DNA from: Archangiaceae bacterium
GTDB taxonomy: Bacteria > Myxococcota > Myxococcia > Myxococcales > Myxococcaceae
Length of the DNA stretch: 22,468 nucleotides
Assembly (NCBI GenBank): GCA_043750125.1
Contig: JAYVCD010000351.1
Span: forward strand, 1-22,468
Direction of reading: 5' to 3'
Below, piece after piece: positions 1 to 7,091 of this stretch (positions are counted from its first letter, which is position 1; every line of letters starts with the position of its first letter). The translations under genes and the position numbers were made by a program. The notes beneath the pieces are model-generated. The model made no database searches. It was not told the DNA's origin and was given only the letters and a program-made list of their open reading frames with translations.

Positions 1-32
1 TTCTCTTCGACAACGACAAGTGGCTCACTCAT
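1..32 (-). CDS. 5' end of a gene running off the window edge (MSEPLVVVEE...), probable partner (antitoxin-like) of the DUF4160-like gene
   Basis: ATG at 32 overlaps the last codons and TGA of ORF 25..324 by 8 nt, and the frame stays open to the window edge. Only 10 codons are visible, so the function is inferred from context only. Confidence 0.5.
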   Translation of the reverse strand, partial: MSEPLVVVEE

Positions 33-324
33 TGGGCTCCTCCTCCGTCTCTTCCTCGGACTCGATCAGGTTGTGCGGGTACATCGAGTCCCATTGCTCG
101 CGCAGCGTCTGCCAGTTGCGTTCGGCCTTGATGACCTTCACGAGCCCCTCGGGCACGTCGTCGGGGTCCGGCTCCGCGTCCATGAACTTCCCCGTGCGCA
201 GGCCGATCCTCCACGCCTGTGTCTTCCGAAGCAGGGTGACGTGCGGCGGCTCCACCGTCTCGCGGTCGCGAATCTTCACCTTCCACTGCTTGAACTTCCT
301 CGGCAGACGTAGGGAGTAGGCCAT
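25..324 (-). CDS. Small DUF4160-like protein (putative TA toxin component)
   Basis: 99 aa with GC3-rich codons. KIRDRETVEPPHV resembles the DUF4160 'H.PPH.H' signature, and the C-terminal 'LREQWD' resembles the family's terminal L..W helix. It is coupled to a downstream gene and preceded by a sigma70 promoter with an operator. Confidence 0.6.
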   Translation of the reverse strand: MAYSLRLPRKFKQWKVKIRDRETVEPPHVTLLRKTQAWRIGLRTGKFMDAEPDPDDVPEGLVKVIKAERNWQTLREQWDSMYPHNLIESEEETEEEPNE

Positions 325-356
325 CGGGTCTCGCGTGCTTCACTTCCATGTCTCTC

Positions 357-385
357 AATATGTCCCCTTCTTAAAGGAGACGCAA
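357..385 (-). promoter_or_regulatory. Sigma70-type promoter with an overlapping inverted-repeat operator
   Basis: The minus strand reads TTGCGT-N17-CATATT (385-380 and 362-357). An imperfect inverted repeat GTCCCCTT-N4-AAGGAGAC (362-381) fills the spacer. The patch is locally AT-rich. Confidence 0.6.
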
Positions 386-527
386 ATAGGACACACTGGA
401 ACACCGCCACTGGGCCAGCAACGCGCTCAGCCGGTCCGCCTCGCCACTTTCCGCCCAATGAGTATGCGGGTTTGCAAGCGCACCGAATGCCGCTGTAGGT
501 CGATGATTTGGCCCCCGCAACTTCAAT

Positions 528-567
528 GAGGACGCCCGCTTAGCCGAGAGGTTGAGCGGGCGTTCTT
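528..567 (+). terminator. 18-bp stem-loop with a GAGA (GNRA) tetraloop, terminator-like
   Basis: GAGGACGCCCGCTTAGCC-GAGA-GGTTGAGCGGGCGTTCTT. All 18 positions pair if G-U is allowed on the + strand. It ends in TTCTT. Confidence 0.55.
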
Positions 568-721
568 GGTACGCGTCCGGCGAGCTGCGTCTTTTCGATC
601 GTCTGAATCTGAGATGGCGTGGCATGGGCTCGAGCTCCGCGGCGCGCGATAGCGCTGCCGGTGGGCTGACCTCGTCTGAAACGGCTTGCGCAGAGCCGCG
701 GATCGCGGGTGAGTTCGGGGC

Positions 722-1186
722 ATGGATGACGACGAAGAGAGGCTGAAGAAGAAGCTCCGCGCGATCGAGGCGCTGTTCGCAGGAGCCACGACCGATGGCG
801 AGCGCGACGCTGCGGATAGGGCTCGCCAGCGAATCGTTGCGCGACTCGTCGAGCGCGAAGGCGAGCGCCAGGTGGAATGGCAGTTCTCGTTGGACCCGTG
901 GTCGCGCCAGCTGCTGGTGGCTCTGTCTCGGCGCTATGGGCTGAAGCCGTACCGCTACCGACGGCAGCGGTACTCGACGCTGATCATCAAGGCGTCCGAG
1001 CGGTTCCTGCGGGAGACGTTTCTTCCCGAGTACGACGCGATGTCGAAGACGTTGAACGAGCACCTCACCGCGGTGACCCAGCGGGTGGTGGTCGAGGTGC
1101 TGCATGCCGACAAAAGCGAGCCGGCGGTGGTGGACTCGGAGCCGCAGCAGCTCGCGGCCTTCGGCGCGACCTCCGAGGTCAAGTAG
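722..1186 (+). CDS. Conserved hypothetical protein (DUF2786-like N-terminal helical hairpin)
   Basis: 154 aa with GC3-rich codons. The N-terminal KKLRAIEALFAGATTDGERDAA resembles the DUF2786 'K..KL.AL.....T...E...A' motif. The QFSLDPWSRQLLVAL.RRYGLKPYRYRRQR block is one I recall from hypothetical proteins in mobile regions. Confidence 0.75.
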   Translation: MDDDEERLKKKLRAIEALFAGATTDGERDAADRARQRIVARLVEREGERQVEWQFSLDPWSRQLLVALSRRYGLKPYRYRRQRYSTLIIKASERFLRETFLPEYDAMSKTLNEHLTAVTQRVVVEVLHADKSEPAVVDSEPQQLAAFGATSEVK

Positions 1187-1350
1187 CGTTCGGGCGGTCA
1201 GCGGCCACGCCCTGGGCGATCGCGGGCTGCGCGCGCCCGAGTAGGCGCAGCGTGGCGAGCCTTTCCGCTGTCTCTGGGCGCAGCAGGGCAGCAGCGTCAG
1301 GACGTCTCAGCGCCAGTCCCTCGCGGCGGAAGATCGACCTCTCGCCGCCG

Positions 1351-1512
1351 CAGCTCTACACGCACGTCGCCATCGCGAAGCTGATTGAGGTGCACGCGGC
1401 GACGCACCCCGCGGTGAAGCTGAAGCACAAGCGCGAGCAGCTCTCGGACGCGGACGGACGGACGGCAGGGATTGTTCGGGCTGACGCCGCCAATTTTTGT
1501 CCCACCTGTTGA
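1351..1512 (+). pseudogene. 3' remnant of an XerC/XerD-like tyrosine recombinase
   Basis: QLYTHVAIAKLIEVHAATHPA matches the C-terminal (T)TQIYTHV...L.E.H...HP box that carries the catalytic Tyr. The upstream 'LLGH' box, the rest of the catalytic domain and a start codon are absent. Confidence 0.7.
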
Positions 1513-1540
1513 CCGGCGCTTAAGCGCCGGTTTACCGGCG
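1512..1540. repeat. Perfect 20-bp palindrome overlapped by a second inverted repeat
   Basis: ACCGGCGCTTAAGCGCCGGT (1512-1531) is self-complementary. CGCCGGT-TT-ACCGGCG (1525-1540) overlaps it, giving three alternating copies of ACCGGCG. Confidence 0.85.
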
Positions 1541-1694
1541 GGACGACCTGTGCGGGACGTGCTCGACGTGTTGAAAGGCGAATGAACCTGCTGCGCGTTT
1601 CCCGCTGGCCTTCGGTTTCACCCCCGCGCTGGACGGTGGGCCAGAGATCCGCTTGCGCCCTCCCACGGAACCGGGCTTTGTTCCCGCCGAGCCC

Positions 1695-2972
1695 ATGCTC
1701 GAGCGCAAACCCACCCGCGCGCTGTCGTTCGACGAAGCCAGAGTGCGCATCGAAGCGGCGATTGGGCCGCGGCCGGCGGACGACGATGCGAAGGCCGCGT
1801 CGCTCGAGTTCGGGTTGTCGCAGAACGAGCGCTGCGTGCGCATCGTGCTGCCGGAGGTCGACCGCGCGGCGCTGGCCGAGTTGCTCCAGGCGGTGGGCAA
1901 GTACTTCGCCGTCGCGCGCTTCGATTTCCACTGGTCCAACGAGTTCGCCTTCACTGCGCTCGACGTCCCCGGTTCAGCCGAAAAAGACCACGAGCGGCTT
2001 CGGGTGCGGTTCGTGCCCACGCGCGCGGATGCGCCGGGGACCGTGGAGTTCAAGAAGGACGGCGATCTCACCGAGCGAGACGCCGAGTGCATCGTCGATG
2101 TCTGGACTCGCCTCGCGGCCGACCCGCACGAGCGCGAGCCGGCCGAAGTGCTCGAAGAGCTGGGCGCGCGCGTTTACGCTCAGAACGAAGAGTGGACCTG
2201 GGCGCAGCTGGGCGGCTACGCCGAGACGAAGCGGGTGGTCGAGACCACCGTGGTCTCGCCGTTTCTGCACGGTGAGCTGTTCCGCCAGGTCGCGCGGCTG
2301 GCGCGCGGAAAGCCCGGCTCGAACATTCCTCGGGCGGTGCTGTTCGAGGGGCCTCCGGGCTGCGGAAAGACGACCATGGCGCGGGTGCTCGCCAACGTCT
2401 CGAAGGCGCCCCTGGTGTACCTGCCGATCGAATCAGTGATGAGCATGTACTACGGCGAGTCCGAGCGCCGCCTGGCCCAGGTGTTCGAGCAGGCCAACCG
2501 GTACTCCCGCTGCATCCTCTTCCTCGACGAGATCGATGCGCTGGCGGGCTCGCGCGACCAGTTCATGCACGAGGCGACGCGGCGGGTGCTGTCGGTGCTG
2601 CTGCGCAACCTGGCGGGCATCGCTCAGAGCGAACATGTGCTGGTGATCGGCGCAACCAATCGCGCCGAGGATCTCGACCGGGCGCTGATGAGCCGCTTCA
2701 ACCGCGTGGTGCGCTTCGAGCTGCCCTCGTCCGCAGAGCGAATGGAGATTTTCCGGCTCTATGCAGGCCACCTGGCCAATGAGCACCTGGAAGCTCTCGC
2801 AGAGAACAGCCCGGGCAAGTCGGGGCGCGACATCGAGGACGTTTGCGGCGAGGCCGAGCGCCGTTGGGCGCACCACCTCATCGGTGAAGGGGCTCAGGCC
2901 AGCCCGCCGCGGTTCGACCAGTACGTCGAGGCGCTCGCCTCGAAGCGGCAGCTTGCGCTCGAGCCCGACTGA
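1695..2972 (+). CDS. Classic-clade AAA+ ATPase (single AAA domain) with an uncharacterised ~160-aa N-terminal domain
   Basis: Walker A GPPGCGKT, pore loop SMYYGESE, Walker B ILFLDEID, SRH ATNRAEDLDRALMSRF and lid SGRDI. I prefer ATG 1695 as start over TTG 1653, but the start is uncertain. Confidence 0.93.
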   Translation: MLERKPTRALSFDEARVRIEAAIGPRPADDDAKAASLEFGLSQNERCVRIVLPEVDRAALAELLQAVGKYFAVARFDFHWSNEFAFTALDVPGSAEKDHERLRVRFVPTRADAPGTVEFKKDGDLTERDAECIVDVWTRLAADPHEREPAEVLEELGARVYAQNEEWTWAQLGGYAETKRVVETTVVSPFLHGELFRQVARLARGKPGSNIPRAVLFEGPPGCGKTTMARVLANVSKAPLVYLPIESVMSMYYGESERRLAQVFEQANRYSRCILFLDEIDALAGSRDQFMHEATRRVLSVLLRNLAGIAQSEHVLVIGATNRAEDLDRALMSRFNRVVRFELPSSAERMEIFRLYAGHLANEHLEALAENSPGKSGRDIEDVCGEAERRWAHHLIGEGAQASPPRFDQYVEALASKRQLALEPD

Positions 2973-3030
2973 CGACTCTGGCCCCAACCGGAGGCATTTT
3001 TTGCGCTCTTACATTGCGGCACCGTAGGCC

Positions 3031-3047
3031 TTGAAGTCGCGCTTCAA
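3031..3047. promoter_or_regulatory. Palindromic site upstream of the coiled-coil gene
   Basis: TTGAAG-N5-CTTCAA lies about 35 nt before the TTG start. Its function is not established. Confidence 0.3.
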
Positions 3048-3080
3048 CCGGCACATCTTCGGGTCTTCAGGAGAGCGACC

Positions 3081-3569
3081 TTGCCGGGCGACCACCCCAC
3101 CGATCCGCCGAGAAAAGTCCGGGCAGTTCTGCGTTCGGCAGGCGACTGGGCGCGCGATCGCGGCGCGCGCAGCGAAGAGCGGACCTGGTCTCCTGCGCTG
3201 CGATCGACAGAGAGCCCCGAGCTGCAGGCACTGGTTCAAGAACGGGAACAACTGCGCGAGCAGCTCTTTCACGTCAGGGACCTGTCCTCGCGGCTCATCG
3301 ACCGGGTCGACGAGCAGGATCAGCGCATCGGCGCGCTCGAGGCCGACCTCAAGAACAAAGAGACCTTGATCCACGACCTCGAGGTCGAGGCCGCCGACCT
3401 CATCGCTCACGCCTCGAACCGCGAAGAGCACGTCAAGGGGCTGAAGACCGAGCTCGACGAGCTCTCCTCGACCAACGACGACTTGATCACTCAGGCCACG
3501 AAGCGAGAGGACCGGATCTCGCAGCTGGAAGTCTTCCTGAAGATGATCGCCGACGCCGACGACCGCTAA
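3081..3569 (+). CDS. Coiled-coil protein
   Basis: AGGAG precedes TTG 3081. The last ~115 aa are heptad-patterned and rich in E/L/D/K/Q, with strongly GC3-biased codons. Confidence 0.75.
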   Translation: MPGDHPTDPPRKVRAVLRSAGDWARDRGARSEERTWSPALRSTESPELQALVQEREQLREQLFHVRDLSSRLIDRVDEQDQRIGALEADLKNKETLIHDLEVEAADLIAHASNREEHVKGLKTELDELSSTNDDLITQATKREDRISQLEVFLKMIADADDR

Positions 3570-3613
3570 GAAGCGCGACGGTTGATTGCGGTCTGGCCGA
3601 ATTAGAACCGCCG

Positions 3614-3648
3614 TGAGGATGCGGCTTCCGACATGAGCCGCATTTTCA
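3614..3648 (+). terminator. Stem-loop terminator between convergent genes
   Basis: ATGCGGCT-N9-AGCCGCAT (3619-3643) is followed by TTTC, and the stem extends through G-U pairs. It abuts the stop of 3646..4485. Confidence 0.6.
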
Positions 3649-4485
3649 AGGCTCGGTGTTCTGCTCGCATTTGACGACGCCGAGATAGCGCGCGCTGCGA
3701 CCTTCAAACGCCACCCAAATCTCGAATTGGCGAATCGCTGCTTCCCCCGCCCAGGGCTGCGCCGCGACCTCGATGACCAGACGATCGCGCGCCGGGACCT
3801 CGAACGAATCGATGTTCCGGCGCGCGGCCTCGATCGCGGGCGAGCACACGACGCGATACGGAAAGTGCCGTGGGGGCAGGCGACTGCCCGAATCGTTCGT
3901 AGCGATGTTGCTTGTCAGCCGAAAGATCGCAGGGCGATCGGTCGGGTTGAGCAGATGAAATGGGCGGATGACCGGATCGTCGACGAGCCTGCCGAAGTCT
4001 AGTCTGAGAGGCCAGATGCCGAGCTCGTCACCAAGGTCGGGGTGGTCGCCATCGAGCTCGGCCCGCAGTTCGCGCCACCATGTCTGCAGACCGGGCTCGA
4101 CTCTGCGTCCACGGGCCACGCGTTGCGGCGTGAGATAGCTGGCGTCGCGGCGGCCGAGCAACGTGAGTTTGAGATCGTCGATGTCCCAACTGTTGACCCA
4201 GAGGATGCGGCGCACCGAGCGTCGCAAGTGTGCAATCTCAATTCGGTATCCGCGATCTTCTTTGAGCTTCCGATCACGGATGTCGGCCTCGCCCTGCGCC
4301 GGTGTCGGCCGGCACCGCTCGCAGACCAGCCGCTCGTCGAAGGCGCAGGTGAAGGCGCCGACCTTTTTGATTGCCTTGTTGTCGAGGCGCAGCAGATCGA
4401 GGTGCTGCTCCACGATCTGCCCCGTCCATCCACATGAGGGGCATTGGTACGTGACGTACGTGGCCGGCGGTGGGGGAGGCATCAT
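3646..4485 (-). CDS. Hypothetical cytoplasmic protein: N-terminal CxxC...CxxC Zn ribbon plus a C-terminal Ig-like (ASH/MSP-like) domain
   Basis: GAAGGAG RBS sits a few nt upstream of the ATG. It has CPSC (aa 15-18) and CERC (aa 55-58). From aa ~155, IWPLRLDFG...RPFHLLNPTDRPAIFRL...FEVPARDRLVIEV fits the P..LDFG/L.N....P..F pattern of ASH/PapD-like folds. There is no signal peptide. Confidence 0.7.
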   Translation of the reverse strand: MMPPPPPATYVTYQCPSCGWTGQIVEQHLDLLRLDNKAIKKVGAFTCAFDERLVCERCRPTPAQGEADIRDRKLKEDRGYRIEIAHLRRSVRRILWVNSWDIDDLKLTLLGRRDASYLTPQRVARGRRVEPGLQTWWRELRAELDGDHPDLGDELGIWPLRLDFGRLVDDPVIRPFHLLNPTDRPAIFRLTSNIATNDSGSRLPPRHFPYRVVCSPAIEAARRNIDSFEVPARDRLVIEVAAQPWAGEAAIRQFEIWVAFEGRSARYLGVVKCEQNTEP

Positions 4486-4627
4486 GCCCGGATCTCCTTC
4501 GAGCTCTTGCGCGCGACGGACAGCTCGACGGGCACTCGCACCAGGCAGCGTCTACCAGACCTCAGGCCTGTTTCGCCGCGTTCGGAAGTTGCGTTCGGTT
4601 TCAAACGACCAGCCGCCTTCAACCGAC

Positions 4628-4660
4628 AAAAGGCCCCAGTGGCCTGCGAAGCCACTGGCC
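4628..4660 (-). terminator. Hairpin with a U-tract on the minus strand in the divergent intergenic region
   Basis: CCAGTGGC-N7-GCCACTGG (4636-4658) is flanked by GGCC on both sides and by AAAA at 4628-4631, which reads as a U-tract on the minus strand. Confidence 0.45.
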
Positions 4661-4798
4661 GTGCAGAGGGCTCCGGCACTCGGACGACAGCGAGAACCCG
4701 AACGGTTCGTCGCCCGATAACCAATCACACCCAGCCGGCCGTAGCTGTGTCGACCGATCTGCAGAACCCACGAGCAACTCCAACACTTGAGGACTCAC

Positions 4799-7045
4799 AT
4801 GAAGGTCTCACTGACGAGCTTGCTGCTCGGATGCACGTTGATTGCTTGCGCGCCCCCCGCCACTGCTCCCCACCCCGGTAACAGCTCGACCGCAATCAAA
4901 GCCGCGCTCGGAGGGCAGGTCGAGGTCGAGGGCGCTCGACTGAACATTCCGGCCCAGGCCCTGAGCCAGGACGCCACCATCACCGTCTCGGTGAAGGCCG
5001 CTGCCGATGACAAGCGCAACCCGCTGCAAGCCGTCGGGCCCAGCGTGAGCGTGGATCTCGGCGGAGCGGTCTTGAAGATGCCCGCGAGCCTCGAGTTGCC
5101 GACGACCCTCGGACCGGGCGGAGGAAGCCTGGTGATCCTCGAGGCGGATCCAAACCCTGCGGAAGGCGAGCCGGGCCTTCGGGTCCACGCCGCTCGGGCG
5201 GCGACGGTCACCGCGGGGACCTCGGTCTTCTATGAGGTCACCCGCCCGAGCACGTACACCGCCGCGATCGTCCCGCAGCCCAAAGCGATCGAGGGCGTCA
5301 GCGGCGTGTCGCTCGAGGTCCCCTTCTACTGGCAGGCCGGGCTGCCGTGGTGCGTCCCCACCTCGCTGGCGATGACGATCAATTCCTTTCAGCCGCTGCC
5401 CACCCTCGCCAGCAACCCGAAGTTTCCCGGCGGGTTCGCCAGCAACTACGGCCTCGCCAGCTTGATTCGCCAGCCCGCCAACGAAGGCGCTTCGGTCGTC
5501 GCGATCCTCAACGCCGCCAGCATCCCCGCCGATGGCTACACGCTGTTGGGGTGGGACGCCGAGCTGGTCGCCAGTGCGACAGGCACGAATGGCGCTTACG
5601 GCGCGTTTCAGTCGTACGTGGTCCTCACCACCACGGGAATCCTCGGGCTCTTTCCTCCCAAGCCGGTGTGGACCAGCTCGGACCGGCAGTGGCATGCGTT
5701 CGTACTCACCGGCCTCACCAACGCAGACATCAACGGCACCTACATCAACGACGCCAACGCACGGTGGGTGGGCACGCACCCGTCTGATTCGTGGTCCGGT
5801 TTCGCAAAGCTCAACTGCTCACTCAAAGACAAGAATGACCCCGGCAAGGGCTGCGCAGAAGCGGGCGACTCGAACCCGGATCTCTACACGTTGGTGCTGC
5901 ACGCCGAGCCGAAGCCCGAAACGGAGCGGCGGGGATCTATCGAGCTCAGCCACGGTGCGACGGTCTATTTCAGCGGCGTCGGCTACCCGTTCCCGGCCTC
6001 GGTCGCCTTCCGCAACCCGAGCGGCAATGTGATCTCGAATTGGAACTGGGAAGGCAAGTTCCCCAATGGCTACTACTTCAGCGACGAGGCGATCACCGAC
6101 AAACGCTTCCCCTTCAACAGCAACCTGACCCAGGACCAGGAATTCAAGTCTCTGATTCCGCGCTCGAGTGTCCTCGACCTGGCATTCAACGTCGTCAACA
6201 CCACCAACACCCCGCGCGAATACCAGATCGAAGCCCGCCTCTTCATCGGGGGAAGCAGCGTCGCCCAGCAGCTGAAGACCTTCAATGGCGCCGCCTATGA
6301 TCGGGCGCCCGTCGCGCTGAGCTTCGGAAACCTGGGCACTCTGGCCCCGATCAATGGGCCGACTGCGGCCCGCGTGGAAATCAACCTCAGCCAGAACGGA
6401 GTCGTCCAGGACGTGAAGCACATCGCGTTCCGCCTCGGGCCGGACCCGGTGCAGCTGCCGACGGTGCGCGTGCTCGTTCCCAGCCAGGGAGCGACGTTGC
6501 TGAAAGCCGAGCCGTTCACGTTCAAGGGTGAGGGCTTTGATCCCCACCGCCTTCCCGACGGCCGCGCGATGCTCACCTGGTACGAGGGTGGAACCAAGCT
6601 CGTCGACGGCCCCGACTTCGCCACGATCTATTCGACCGCCGGCGCGCACACCCTGACGCTGGTCGCGCGGGGCGAGTACGGCGCTCAGGCCACCACGTCG
6701 GTAAGCTTCACGGTGTTCTCACCCACGCGGGTTCCGGGGGAAGTCGTGATCGTCTCGCCGATCAACAACGCGAAATACGGCGACCTGTACAGCTTCACCA
6801 CCGAGGTGGCGCTGGTGGGCTACGCGACCTACTCCAACGGGGTAGCGGTGCCGGGAGACAAGCTGGTCTGGAGCATCGACGGCTATCCCGGAGAGCTCGG
6901 GCGGGGTGCAAGCCTCACCGCGAAGCTGGCGGGCGGACCCGGCTCGGAGCTGCGGCACGTGGTTCGGCTGACGGCATTGACCGCAGGGGGACCGGCATTC
7001 GGGACCGCGGCCGTCACGGTGGCAGTGCTTGGGCCGGTTCATTGA
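4799..7045 (+). CDS. Lipoprotein: ZU5-like region, C39-like cysteine peptidase domain and Ig/PKD-like domains
   Basis: GAGG precedes ATG 4799, and the signal peptide ends in the lipobox LIAC. GARLNIPAQALSQDATITV is ZU5-like. LEVPFYWQ...WCVPTSLAM...WHAFVLTG...YIND gives the Q-C-H-D pattern of Peptidase_C39-like domains. C-terminal V..P..G...W.....G.HTLTL repeats are Ig/PKD-like. Confidence 0.8.
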   Translation: MKVSLTSLLLGCTLIACAPPATAPHPGNSSTAIKAALGGQVEVEGARLNIPAQALSQDATITVSVKAAADDKRNPLQAVGPSVSVDLGGAVLKMPASLELPTTLGPGGGSLVILEADPNPAEGEPGLRVHAARAATVTAGTSVFYEVTRPSTYTAAIVPQPKAIEGVSGVSLEVPFYWQAGLPWCVPTSLAMTINSFQPLPTLASNPKFPGGFASNYGLASLIRQPANEGASVVAILNAASIPADGYTLLGWDAELVASATGTNGAYGAFQSYVVLTTTGILGLFPPKPVWTSSDRQWHAFVLTGLTNADINGTYINDANARWVGTHPSDSWSGFAKLNCSLKDKNDPGKGCAEAGDSNPDLYTLVLHAEPKPETERRGSIELSHGATVYFSGVGYPFPASVAFRNPSGNVISNWNWEGKFPNGYYFSDEAITDKRFPFNSNLTQDQEFKSLIPRSSVLDLAFNVVNTTNTPREYQIEARLFIGGSSVAQQLKTFNGAAYDRAPVALSFGNLGTLAPINGPTAARVEINLSQNGVVQDVKHIAFRLGPDPVQLPTVRVLVPSQGATLLKAEPFTFKGEGFDPHRLPDGRAMLTWYEGGTKLVDGPDFATIYSTAGAHTLTLVARGEYGAQATTSVSFTVFSPTRVPGEVVIVSPINNAKYGDLYSFTTEVALVGYATYSNGVAVPGDKLVWSIDGYPGELGRGASLTAKLAGGPGSELRHVVRLTALTAGGPAFGTAAVTVAVLGPVH

Positions 7046-7091
7046 AACGCGAAGCGCCTTCTTCCCAAAACCTCATTTCCTGGAGACTCCG

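Noticed and set aside
877..1512. 211-aa ORF as a full protein
   Set aside because: It overlaps 722..1186 out of frame and is low-complexity A/R/G. Only the last ~53 codons look coding (recombinase remnant).
4486..4798. c-di-GMP or other known riboswitch
   Set aside because: I could not find the consensus elements of any class I know. It is kept only as a generic structured region.
4808..6649. Minus-strand ORFs 4808..5779 and 5819..6649
   Set aside because: Antisense shadows of the lipoprotein peptidase gene.
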